64,000 nucleotides of DNA from Vicinamibacterales bacterium (GCA_965207665.1 CBDBMV010000002.1:3382215-3446214); one strand, 5' to 3'. Shown: positions 44,823-53,813, numbered from the stretch's first letter. Made by a program: numbers and translations. The notes: generated by a model not told the origin, from the sequence alone.

Positions 44823-45460
44823 CCGTCAATCGAAATCGAGTGAACATCCAAAAAGATGAGACCACCCGGAACCTAGAGCTTGCTATGTCGCGGCCAACGG
44901 ACACCGTCAACGTAGGAGTCGAAATGCCCCCCATCTGCTGCGCCGTCTCGACGCTGTCGCGCAGGCCCTCGACATCGAACGCACCGAAGCGACCCGCACG
45001 GCTATCGCTGGTTGGCTGGAGCAGCAGGAACGCGACGCCGCATGCCGCGACCGCGGGCTGAAGGTGCGCGCCACAAACAGCAGCGACTCGCGCATCGCCT
45101 GACTACGCGGACGGCCGCGCTACTAGCTGCGGGGCGATCCGGTCGACCAGGTCGGTCACAACGAGACGATCTTCCTACCGCGCAGTGTTCAGCGTTGTCA
45201 CGACGCCTTGCACTGCCAGACTGTCGCTTCTGCTACCTTACCGCCATGGCCCACCGCTGAAACCCCGTCTGCGGACGTCGCTGTGCGCCTCACCGACACC
45301 CTGCATGGCCCATGGCGCCCCTGCGTCGTGTGGGCAGAAACGTGGGATGTCTGAAATATGAATTTATGTAAACTATTGTAAAATATACAGTTGCATCGTT
45401 ACTTCTGATCCTGCCGGGCGTGCCAACTACCCGCGTTGCCCGCCGTCCTTCCGCTGCGGC

Positions 45461-46507
45461 CTACTCGCCATCCTCCGCGCGTGCCGCGCTCAGCATGTTG
45501 GACAGGCTGTAGTTCGCCTCGTGGCAGGCGTACTCGAAGATCTGCCAGTAGCGCGGGTCGCGCTTGCCGGTGATCCTGGCGGTCCAGGGCGCGGTCCAGG
45601 TCGTGGGGTCCTCCAGCGTGATGTCGACGGTGATCGTGTCCGCGTCGACGCGCCGGTAGCGCTCGACGAGGTGGAGCCCGGAGCTGGACCCCTTGTAGGT
45701 GGTCGGACCGAAGTTCGTCACTTCGACCACCAGCGTGTCTCCCTCCCAGCGGCCGCGCGAATCGCCCATGATCTGCCGAACCTCGGACGTGAGGTGCGGG
45801 CGGTCGTCGAGCGGAATGACGCGGTGCTCGTGCAGGCGCTCGTACAGGATGGCCACGTATTCGGGATGCTGCACGATCTGGAACCCGTTGTTGTAGACCT
45901 GCGGGAACCAGGTGTTCGGCAGGCCGCGGGTGATGCACCGCTCGGCTAGGTCGTAATCCTCGGGACCGTGAAAGGGCCCGCCGCCCTTGCTGCCGACACC
46001 GGTCTCGAACCCGGCGATCGTGGACGGGTCGATGACCCGCAGCCGCGCGCCCGGGGTCAGCGGCGGGATGCGGCCGTTGTCGGGCTCGACGATCAGCGAG
46101 CTGCGCGGCGAGACCGCCCTGCCGAGCTCGAACCAGTGTTCGGGACCGTCACCGACCGGATTGTGCGACAGCAGATCGGGCGGAAGGTCCGCCTTTTCCT
46201 CATCGGTAAGGGTGGACCGGTCGGCGAACTCCAGGCGCGCGCGCTGCTCCGCCGTGCGCGTCCGCACCGCAAGCGCCTCGTCAGTGAGGACTGCACGCAT
46301 GCCGAGCGCCTCCGGACGCTCCAGCGGTATGCCGAACTCTTCGTCGCTCGTCCACACGCCCTCGAAGTCCGGGTGCCCCCACGGCGTCAGCGGGACGGTC
46401 CAGTCGCTCGCCGCCTCACCGCCGTTGCCGGCAACCTGCCCGAACACGGGAACGGCGATCGCCAACAGGACGACGACACTCACTCGCCATAGGGCTGTGC
46501 GTCTCAT
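45461..46507 (-). CDS. Secreted protein, uncharacterised family (paralog 1 of 3)
   Basis: Signal peptide [87 protein letters not shown]. Confidence 0.75.
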   Translation of the reverse strand: MRRTALWRVSVVVLLAIAVPVFGQVAGNGGEAASDWTVPLTPWGHPDFEGVWTSDEEFGIPLERPEALGMRAVLTDEALAVRTRTAEQRARLEFADRSTLTDEEKADLPPDLLSHNPVGDGPEHWFELGRAVSPRSSLIVEPDNGRIPPLTPGARLRVIDPSTIAGFETGVGSKGGGPFHGPEDYDLAERCITRGLPNTWFPQVYNNGFQIVQHPEYVAILYERLHEHRVIPLDDRPHLTSEVRQIMGDSRGRWEGDTLVVEVTNFGPTTYKGSSSGLHLVERYRRVDADTITVDITLEDPTTWTAPWTARITGKRDPRYWQIFEYACHEANYSLSNMLSAARAEDGE

Positions 46508-46545
46508 CAGGCCTCGCCTCGCTGCATGCCGGCTCCGCGCCTCCC

Positions 46546-48627
46546 CTACTCGGGGAGCGCGAACGCGATGTACTCGCCCGAATATACCCGGCCGCTCACC
46601 GCCACCATGATGTACTGCCGGCCGTCCACCATGTAGGTCATCGGTCCACCGCTCTGGCTGGCGGGCACATAGACCGCGCCGACCTGCTCGCCGGTCAGCT
46701 TGTCGTAGGCGCGGAGCATCGCGCCCCGCGGCCGGTCCGGCGGGTTCGTATCCTGCGGATCGGCGAGGATGACGAGCGTCTTCGTTACGAGCAGCCCGAC
46801 GTTGGTCGTCGCCCCGCCCTGGCCCGTCAGCGGGATGTCGAGCCCCGCGAGCGCGGGATGGTTGCGGACCGCGTCGGGCGTCTCGCCGTGCGCCACCTGG
46901 AAGAGCAGCTCGCCCTTGTTCATGTCGACGGCGGAGAGCAGCCCGTACGGCGGCTTGACGATCGGCAGCCCGTCCACGTTCAGGCCGCGGCCCGGCGGCA
47001 GGCCTCCTGCCACGTAGCGCGGCGAGCTGCTGCGGGCCTCCTGGGCCACCGGCACCGGCGCGCGGAAGTTGCGGCCCTTCACCCCCGAAACGTAGCGGAT
47101 GTCCGAGAACCCCTCGGGCGGCTCGGTCACCGAGAGCTGGTTGACCGACGAGTTGTTGGCGTGGGAATAGAAGATGCCGGTCTCCGGATCGAAGCCGGCG
47201 CCGGGCCAGTTCGTGCCGCCGCCCATGGCGCCCATCGCCGCCGTGGCGATCAGGCCGTCGACATCGCCGCGGATCGGCGGCGTGAAGACCGGCCCCACCT
47301 TGAACCGCCGCATCGTCTCGATCGCCTGCGCCCGCAGCTCCGGCGTGAAGTCGATCAGGTCATCCGGGATCCTGATCTCGTTGCGGGAGTACGGCGGTGG
47401 CTTCGTCGGGAACGGCTGCGTCGGCGAATACCACTCGCCCGGGACGTCGCCCTGCGGTACGGGCCGCTCCTCGATCGGGAAGACCGGCTCGCCGGTCTCG
47501 CGGTCGAAGATGTAGAGCATCGACTGCTTGGTCGGCACGGCCACCGCCTTGACTTCGCGGCCGTCGACATTGAGGTCCGCGAGCAGCGGCGCGCCGGGCA
47601 GGTCCATGTTCCAGATCGGGTGGTGCACGAGCTGGAAGTGCCAACGGCGCTCGCCGGTCTCCAGGTCGAGGCACACGATGCTCTCGGCGAACAGGTTCTC
47701 GCCCGGCCGGTGCCCCCCGTACAGGTCGGAGCTCGGCGTCTCGACGGGCACGTAGACCAGGCCCAGCTCCTCGTCGGCCGTGATCTGCGTCCAGACGCCC
47801 ACGTTGCCGTTGTCGGCCCACGATTCGTTGAGCCAGGTCTCGTTGCCGAACTCCCCCGGCCGCGGGATGGTGTTGAACGACCAGCGCAACTCACCGGTCC
47901 GCACGTCGTAGGCCCGCACGATGCCCTTCGAGTTGTCGTGGGTGCGGACGGCCTGCCCCTCGTCGAACGTGGCGCCGACGATGACGTAGTCGCGCGCGAT
48001 GGTCGGCGTCGCGTGGATCGCGGCCTCCCCTTCGACCAGATCGATTTGGGTGCCTCTGCCGTAGACGACACCGACCTTGAGATCCACAACGCCGTTGTCG
48101 CCGAAGGTCGGGATCTCGCGGCCGGTCTTCGCGTCGAGCGCCACCAGGCGGTACCCGATGGTCATGTAGAGGATCCGCTCGTCGCCCCGCCCGTCGGTCC
48201 AGTACGCGACGCCCCGCCCCGAGAGCTGCCGCACCGACGCCTGTCCGCGCCGTCCCTCGTCCATGCGGTGCAGCCACAGAACCTCGCCGGTCCTGGCGTC
48301 GATGGCGATGACCGCCCGGCGCGTGCCGGCCGTCGTGTAGAGGACGCCGTCGATCATCAGCGGCGTGCCCTCGAGCTTGTATTCGGGCCGGTCTCCGAAG
48401 TTGTCGGTCTTCAGCCGCCAGGCGACCTCCAGGTCGTTGAAGTTCGACGCGTCGATCTGGTCGAGCGGCGAGTAGCGGCTGCCGTCGAGCGACCCGGTGT
48501 AGTGCCGCCATTCGCCGTCGGCCGTCCCCGACTGCTGCCCCGCCGCATCCACCGCGAGCCACGGCAGCGCCAGCAGGCAGACGCCGGCAACTACCACGCC
48601 GACTACACCAGGAAATAGCTGTCGCAT
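46546..48627 (-). CDS. PQQ-dependent (quinoprotein) dehydrogenase, beta-propeller
   Basis: ATG 48627 gives the signal MRQLFPGVVGVVVAGVCLLALPW. WRHYTGSLDGSRYSPLDQI, EGTPLMIDGVLYTTAG, AIDARTGEVLW, VALDAKTGRE, repeated W-motif blades. No cytochrome c domain. Confidence 0.85.
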   Translation of the reverse strand: MRQLFPGVVGVVVAGVCLLALPWLAVDAAGQQSGTADGEWRHYTGSLDGSRYSPLDQIDASNFNDLEVAWRLKTDNFGDRPEYKLEGTPLMIDGVLYTTAGTRRAVIAIDARTGEVLWLHRMDEGRRGQASVRQLSGRGVAYWTDGRGDERILYMTIGYRLVALDAKTGREIPTFGDNGVVDLKVGVVYGRGTQIDLVEGEAAIHATPTIARDYVIVGATFDEGQAVRTHDNSKGIVRAYDVRTGELRWSFNTIPRPGEFGNETWLNESWADNGNVGVWTQITADEELGLVYVPVETPSSDLYGGHRPGENLFAESIVCLDLETGERRWHFQLVHHPIWNMDLPGAPLLADLNVDGREVKAVAVPTKQSMLYIFDRETGEPVFPIEERPVPQGDVPGEWYSPTQPFPTKPPPYSRNEIRIPDDLIDFTPELRAQAIETMRRFKVGPVFTPPIRGDVDGLIATAAMGAMGGGTNWPGAGFDPETGIFYSHANNSSVNQLSVTEPPEGFSDIRYVSGVKGRNFRAPVPVAQEARSSSPRYVAGGLPPGRGLNVDGLPIVKPPYGLLSAVDMNKGELLFQVAHGETPDAVRNHPALAGLDIPLTGQGGATTNVGLLVTKTLVILADPQDTNPPDRPRGAMLRAYDKLTGEQVGAVYVPASQSGGPMTYMVDGRQYIMVAVSGRVYSGEYIAFALPE

Positions 48628-48753
48628 CGAATCCTCACCGTACCTTGCTTGCATGCCGCGGAACCACGCGACCAGGGACCATTCCAGACCCATCGCCCCA
48701 CCGCTGCTGCGCGCCCGGATCATACCCCGGCGCTTCCCGCGTACAGCGTGTCG

Positions 48754-49896
48754 TCAGTCCGCCCGCGGCGCCTGGCGCGGCCAGATGGGGGCCGAGCGTT
48801 CGAGCATCCCGTAGGTGCTCTGGCCGTCCCATTCGTACCGCGCACCGGATCCCTGGATATCGAGCCCCCTGAATTCGCCGATCGTGGAGTGCACGGCCCG
48901 GCCCTCGATCCGCGTGACGCCGAGCTCCGACTCGAGCTCCACCGGGCAGTCTGCGCTCGCGTCCCTGCCGCCTCTCAGCCACGGAATCCGAACCGGCTTC
49001 GCCGGATACATCCTGCCGTCGAGATAGATGAACCCGGAGCTCCACCCCTCGTAGCCGTCATCGTGCGGCGCATAGACCATGTGGCCGAAAGCACGGCCGT
49101 CCGGGAAGACCGCCGTCTGCCAGCAGTGCCCGCGCAGGAACAGCCCGTTAGTACGCACGCTGCGCCGCTTTATCCGCGAGCCGACAACGCTCGCGGTGCG
49201 CGCCGCGCCGTCGACGCTCAGCTCGCCTTCGCCGCGCAACATCTGCTCGAAACGCCACCCGAGGCCGATCGAGCAGGCGTCTCGCCGCGCGCCCGTCCCG
49301 AACCTGGCGAACGCCGCCGGCGAGTGGTCCTGCACCCAAATCGGCGTCGTCATCGTCAACTCGAACTCGAACCGCAACGCAATGCGGCGGCCCGCGTCCT
49401 CCGTTCCGGCGCCATGCGCCGCGGCCTCCACTGCAACCGGCGTTCCGTCGTACCGGACGTGCCAGCGCCGGAACGGCTCGATGCAGCGCATGCGCAGCGG
49501 GCCGGCGCCCAGGATTGTCGGCTGCCCGGCAGCGTCGATGGTTGGATGCTGCCGAGCTCTTCCGCCGTCGAGTATGACCAGGCCGTCGGCGACGACACGG
49601 GTCATGTGCGGGCGGTCCTCCCAGGTGTGCGGCTGGGCATCGACGCTGAAGCGGGGAATCCCGAACGTCCCCGCCTGGTCGAAGAGCCAGAACGACGTGC
49701 CTTCCCGCTGCCATTCGCAATCGGGAGGCGCGGTCAGGAACAAATCGTGTTCCGGCGCCAGGCCGGCTCGCCAATCGTCGGTCGTTGCCTGCGCCGGCAT
49801 GGGCGCGGCGCTGATACCGCCCGGCGTTCGCGCGTACGCCCCGGCAACGAGCGGCACCGCCGAAAGACGCTTGAGAAACTCCCTGCGATTTGCCAT
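48754..49896 (-). CDS. Tat-signal hypothetical protein
   Basis: ATG 49896 gives MANRREFLKRLSAVPLVAGAYA (twin-arginine-like). 380 aa, beta-rich. No domain recognised. Confidence 0.6.
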   Translation of the reverse strand: MANRREFLKRLSAVPLVAGAYARTPGGISAAPMPAQATTDDWRAGLAPEHDLFLTAPPDCEWQREGTSFWLFDQAGTFGIPRFSVDAQPHTWEDRPHMTRVVADGLVILDGGRARQHPTIDAAGQPTILGAGPLRMRCIEPFRRWHVRYDGTPVAVEAAAHGAGTEDAGRRIALRFEFELTMTTPIWVQDHSPAAFARFGTGARRDACSIGLGWRFEQMLRGEGELSVDGAARTASVVGSRIKRRSVRTNGLFLRGHCWQTAVFPDGRAFGHMVYAPHDDGYEGWSSGFIYLDGRMYPAKPVRIPWLRGGRDASADCPVELESELGVTRIEGRAVHSTIGEFRGLDIQGSGARYEWDGQSTYGMLERSAPIWPRQAPRAD

Positions 49897-49970
49897 GGCT
49901 GCCTCCGTGCCCCTTCTACTCGCGCGCCGGGGGGAAGTCAATGCCGTACGACCCCCTGCGCACCTGAGAG

Positions 49971-50546
49971 GTGCTAACGTGGATGGTGGCGATGCCTGTG
50001 CTGCCTGAACCATCCGCAGCCGCGGAGTTGCCGGCGGGCGCCGCGGGCGTCCGTGTGGTCGTCAACGACAGGATGCAGCGCGGCTACGAGTACTACCGCA
50101 CGGAACCTATCGGGAAGAACTTCCACCCCGAGTTCCGGCCCGAGCTCACGCCGCGGCAGATGCTCGAGCTCGGGGTGTTCGGCGGTCGCTACATGACCGA
50201 CTGCCGCGCCGAGTTCCCCGCGAGCTGGTTTCGCCGCGCGAAGCTGTGCGCCGAGCGGCATGACCCCGAGCTAAACTGCTTCGGCGTGAACGCATCACTG
50301 CCGCTGAGCGTCTGGTGGCGCAAGGGCTGGATTCGTCCGCAGGATCCCCGCGGCTGGTTCCAGTGGTACTGCCGCTACTACATGGGCCGGCGCAGCGCGG
50401 ACGACAGGCGGCAGATCGCCCGCTGGAAGGCGATGCGCCGGCACGCCGGGGCCATCCGCGCCAACTGCGCACCGCGCGATCTCGCGTGCCGCCGCCGGCA
50501 GCGCCAGGCGCTACTGCACTGGGCCTACGACAGCCGCCGCATCTGA
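49971..50546 (+). CDS. Conserved-looking hypothetical protein
   Basis: GVFGGRYMTDCRAEFPASWF..DPRGWFQWYCRYYMGRRSADDRRQIARW. GTG 49971; ATG 49983 or 49992 are alternatives. Confidence 0.5.
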   Translation: MLTWMVAMPVLPEPSAAAELPAGAAGVRVVVNDRMQRGYEYYRTEPIGKNFHPEFRPELTPRQMLELGVFGGRYMTDCRAEFPASWFRRAKLCAERHDPELNCFGVNASLPLSVWWRKGWIRPQDPRGWFQWYCRYYMGRRSADDRRQIARWKAMRRHAGAIRANCAPRDLACRRRQRQALLHWAYDSRRI

Positions 50547-50766
50547 CCACCACCACAATTTTTCCCGGACGTGCACTTTCCGCTTGACAACTTTTTCGAG
50601 GTAGATCGGCCCGAGTTGGGCATGCCGCCAGGAATGCCCCTCTGACCGTCTCTCCGGACGCCTGCTGCGCGCGGGCGGTCGGGCAGGTCAAAATCGCCGT
50701 TCCGCCGCGTTCGCGGCCCTCTGGAGGGCATATAAGCCCTTTAAAAACAGTGGGTTATGATGGGGT

Positions 50767-52410
50767 ATGCCTGTTGACAGCACCGCTCTCGTTCCCGTAG
50801 CCGACGTCTCGTCTTCCGTCCTCGCGGCCTGGATGGGTCCCACCGCCGCGCCGGACGGTCCTTCCACCGCGCCGCACGATCCCCGGACCATGCCGGACCT
50901 CAATCGCCAGGCCGAGCTCGAACACCTCGGCGACCGCATCGCCGAGCTCTCCGCCCGCATTCAGGCCGCCACCTACGAGTTGCTCGTCCTCATTCGGGAG
51001 TTCGACGCGCGCACCGGCTGGTCGGGCTGTACCTCCTGCGCGCACTGGCTGAGCTGGCGCACGGGCCTGGCTCCGGGTGCGGCGCGCGAGCATGTGCGCG
51101 TGGCGCGTGCCCTGGGGAAGCTGCCGAAGCTGAGCGACGCCATGCGGCGCGGGGTCATCTCCTACTCGAAGGTGCGAGCGGTCACGCGGGTGGCCACACC
51201 GGAGAACGAGCAGGCGCTGCTGGACGTGGCGAAATGCGGCACGGCAGCCCACGTGGAGCAGGTAGTGCGCGGGTGGCGGCGGGTCGATCGCATCGCCGAG
51301 AAGACCGAGGAGAGGCGGCGGCACGAGACGCGGTCGCTGCGTACCTGCGTGGACGATGACGGGATGGTGTTGGTACAGGGGCGGCTCACGCCGGAGGTGG
51401 GGGCGGTTCTGCGACGAGCGCTGGAGGCGGCATGCGACCAGATGAAGATGCGGCGTCCGCCCGAAGCGGATGGGCTCGCGGACGCCGGGTCTGATGTCGT
51501 CGCGGAGCAACCCGAGGATGCAACGGCGAAGGCGCTGGCGCAAGACGCAGTGGCCGTCGACGAGGAACTGGCGCCGACGTTCGCGCAGCGGCAGGCGGAT
51601 GCGATTGGACTACTGACCGAATGCGCGCTGGCGGGCGGTCTGGACCGCGGGACGGCGGGCGACCGCTATCAGGTGGTGGTGCACGTGGATGCCGGGGCGC
51701 TGGCGGAGGCGCGGGACGTTCCCGCGGGAACGTACAAGAGCGCGGAGCTGGCGTCCGAGCGGGACGGGGACGCGGGACACGTTCCCGCGGGAACGCCGAC
51801 GCCGGCCCTCACCTCAGCGGCAGCCCACAGCCAGACGGTGCTCGACGAGGCGGGCGGCATCCATGTTGCCGCGGAGACGGCCCGGAGGCTGGCCTGCGAC
51901 GCGGCGTTGGTCGAGATGCAACACGGCCCCACCGGCGAGATTCTGGATCTCGGCCGGCGGACGCGGACAATTTCGCCGGCGCTGCGCCGGGCGCTGGCGG
52001 CCCGCGACCGCCAGTGCCGTTTTCCCGGCTGCCAGAATCGCCGCTGCGATGCGCACCATGTCGAGCACTGGGCGGACGGCGGCGCGACCAGGCTCGACAA
52101 CCTGGTCTTGCTGTGCCGGCGCCATCATCGGGTGGTGCACGAAGAAGGGTTCCGCATCACGCTTGATGCAGCGGGCGAGGTGGAGTTCTACCGGCCGGAC
52201 GGCCGGCCGTTCCCGGCGGCACCTCCGGCGCCGCTCTGGACAGGCGCGCCGCTGGCGCCCGTGACGGAGCGGCTCGATCAGGAGGGCGTCACGATTGATG
52301 CTCAGACGGCCACGCCGGCGTGGAAGGGCGAACGAATGGACATCAACTGGGTGGTCGATTCGCTGTGGCGGCCGCGGTCGGATACGACGGCCGATTCCGA
52401 CCCGGGTTGA
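50767..52410 (+). CDS. DUF222-like N-domain + HNH endonuclease
   Basis: IAELSARIQAATYELLVLIREFDARTGW..SCAHWLSWRTGL..ISYSKVRAVTRV, and C-terminal CRFPGCQNRRCDAHHVEHWADGGATRLDNLVLLCRRHHRVVHE. Confidence 0.85.
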   Translation: MPVDSTALVPVADVSSSVLAAWMGPTAAPDGPSTAPHDPRTMPDLNRQAELEHLGDRIAELSARIQAATYELLVLIREFDARTGWSGCTSCAHWLSWRTGLAPGAAREHVRVARALGKLPKLSDAMRRGVISYSKVRAVTRVATPENEQALLDVAKCGTAAHVEQVVRGWRRVDRIAEKTEERRRHETRSLRTCVDDDGMVLVQGRLTPEVGAVLRRALEAACDQMKMRRPPEADGLADAGSDVVAEQPEDATAKALAQDAVAVDEELAPTFAQRQADAIGLLTECALAGGLDRGTAGDRYQVVVHVDAGALAEARDVPAGTYKSAELASERDGDAGHVPAGTPTPALTSAAAHSQTVLDEAGGIHVAAETARRLACDAALVEMQHGPTGEILDLGRRTRTISPALRRALAARDRQCRFPGCQNRRCDAHHVEHWADGGATRLDNLVLLCRRHHRVVHEEGFRITLDAAGEVEFYRPDGRPFPAAPPAPLWTGAPLAPVTERLDQEGVTIDAQTATPAWKGERMDINWVVDSLWRPRSDTTADSDPG

Positions 52411-52460
52411 CAAACGGATTTAACTTCGTTCGGGCTAAACGTCACTCCGCTTCGGCAACG

Positions 52461-52652
52461 TCATGGAAGATCGCCCTGTCCGGCATCCAGTGCGAACCAC
52501 TCGTCGGCCAGGGTCAAGTCGCGCTCGCTCCGGGCCTTGGCACCCTCACGGAGGAGTTTCCGAAGCTTCGCGCGGCTCATCCGGTCGACGTAGCTGTGCA
52601 CCGCCAAGTCGATGAAGCGGCTGCGCTGACCTTTGGGAACCGCGCGATCCAT
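52461..52652 (-). CDS. Small RHH-antitoxin-like ORF, possibly N-terminally degenerate, no partner toxin
   Basis: 63 aa. RSRFIDLAVHSYVDR plus LADEWFALD resembles the second helix and tail of CopG-type antitoxins. An obvious beta-strand and helix 1 are missing. Confidence 0.35.
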   Translation of the reverse strand: MDRAVPKGQRSRFIDLAVHSYVDRMSRAKLRKLLREGAKARSERDLTLADEWFALDAGQGDLP

Positions 52653-52661
52653 CAGCCGGAC

Positions 52662-52719
52662 CGTTTATGCCGGAAGCACAACGTTTATGCCGGAAGCACA
52701 ACGTTCATGCTGAATGCGC
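52662..52719. repeat. 20-bp tandem repeat, 2 perfect copies + 1 degenerate
   Basis: CGTTTATGCCGGAAGCACAA at 52662-81 and 52682-701, then CGTTCATGCTGAATGCGC. Begins 10 nt upstream of the RHH-like ORF start. Confidence 0.85.
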
Positions 52720-52795
52720 TCCTGCCTTGTCGCCGCGGGGCACGGCCATACGCGCGGAGCGTGTGCATGCGGGCAGTATAGCCGGTTCCGAACCC

Positions 52796-52801
52796 TATAA
52801 T
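52796..52801 (+). promoter_or_regulatory. Candidate -10 box (TATAAT) for the DinB-like gene
   Basis: A perfect TATAAT in ~70% GC DNA, 20 nt upstream of the ATG and followed by AAGGAG (52811-16). No convincing -35. Confidence 0.35.
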
Positions 52802-52821
52802 GGCCCCCTCAAGGAGACTGC

Positions 52822-53340
52822 ATGAGTCCGCAACCTGAAGTCTGGCTGCGCGGACCCGTCGAAGGGTTCGAGCCGCTGCTGATGCCGGCCGTACACGCCC
52901 TGCTGCAGGCGCGCGAGGACGTGGAGAGCCTGGCGGCATCGGTGCCGGCCGAGCACGTATGGCAGCGGCCGGGTGGCGCGGCGTCCATCGGGTTCCACCT
53001 GCGTCACATGGGCGGCGCGCTCGAGCGGCTGATGACCTACGCCCGGGGTGAGACGCTGTCCGACGCGCAGAGAAGCGCGGCGCGCGCCGAGGGCGAACCC
53101 GACGAATCCGCGCCCTCGCTGGGCGAGATCGCGGCGGGCACGTGCGCGTCGATCGATCGCGCGCTGGAGCAGTTGCGGTCCACGTCGGCCGCGGACTTGC
53201 TGGCGCCGCGCAAGGTGGGGCGCCTGGGCCTGCCGAGCACGGCGCTGGGACTGATCTTCCACGCCGCCGAGCACTGCACGCGGCACGTGGGACAGTCGAT
53301 CTCGACGGCCCGGATTCTGAGCGGCTCGAATCCAGCCTAG
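52822..53340 (+). CDS. DinB-family (DinB_2-like) four-helix-bundle protein
   Basis: IGFHLRHMGGALERL..IFHAAEHCTRHVGQ (His triad pattern). AAGGAG RBS. Confidence 0.7.
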   Translation: MSPQPEVWLRGPVEGFEPLLMPAVHALLQAREDVESLAASVPAEHVWQRPGGAASIGFHLRHMGGALERLMTYARGETLSDAQRSAARAEGEPDESAPSLGEIAAGTCASIDRALEQLRSTSAADLLAPRKVGRLGLPSTALGLIFHAAEHCTRHVGQSISTARILSGSNPA

Positions 53341-53759
53341 CGGTCCGCCACCTTGGCGCGGACCCGGTCTTCCTGCTCGGTTAGCTCGGGGGTCATGGCG
53401 TCGCCGAAGTCGGGCGCCTCGAATACGGGCCGGATTTCGATCTCGCTGGGGCCCGGCATGGGATTGGGGCAACGCTTGACCCATGCCACGGCCTCGGCCA
53501 TGTCCCTGACCTCCCACAGCCAGAACCCGGCGACCAGCTCTCCCGTCGCGGGAAACGGACCGTCGATAACTGTGCGTTCCGGCCCGTCGAACGCGACGCG
53601 CTTGCCGTTCGCCGAAGGCTGCAATCCTTCGCCGGAAACCATCACGCCGGCGTCGGCCAGCTCCTCGTTGAAGCGGCCCATCGCTTCCAGCATTTCGGTG
53701 GAGGGCATGACGCCCGCCTCGCTGTCAGCCGTGGCCTTGACCAGCACCATGACGCGCAT
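53337..53759 (-). CDS. YciI/DGPF-like family protein
   Basis: MRVMVLVKATADSEAG..FNEELADAGVMVSGEGLQPS..IDGPF..ELVAGFWLWEVRDMAEAVAW. Its stop shares the CTAG at 53337-40 with the convergent DinB-like gene. Confidence 0.7.
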   Translation of the reverse strand: MRVMVLVKATADSEAGVMPSTEMLEAMGRFNEELADAGVMVSGEGLQPSANGKRVAFDGPERTVIDGPFPATGELVAGFWLWEVRDMAEAVAWVKRCPNPMPGPSEIEIRPVFEAPDFGDAMTPELTEQEDRVRAKVADR

Positions 53760-53813
53760 TCACACACCTCCAACCGGATTCAACACCTGCACCCGGCAGC
53801 GAATCGCGGGTAC

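Noticed and set aside
44860-45102. RHH-like reading frame (..HLLRRLDAVAQALDIERTEATRTAIAGWLEQQERD..)
   Set aside because: It resembles the two helices of a CopG-type protein, but the frame has no ATG/GTG/TTG start after the upstream TGA (44857-59) and lacks an N-terminal beta-strand segment. It is most likely a gene remnant and is not reported as a feature.
45370-45392. LexA/SOS box in the AT-rich patch (TTGTAAAATATACAG)
   Set aside because: Spacing is TGT-N7-ACA rather than CTGT-N8-ACAG. The flanking bases do not fit, and SOS-box consensus differs between phyla. No adjacent gene would be regulated.
52662-52719. CRISPR array (also considered for the 34.9-35.03 kb and 32.93-33.0 kb repeats)
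   Set aside because: There are only 2-3 units, directly abutting or separated by 13-20 nt of repeat-related sequence. There are no unique spacers of 25-40 nt, and no cas genes anywhere in the window.
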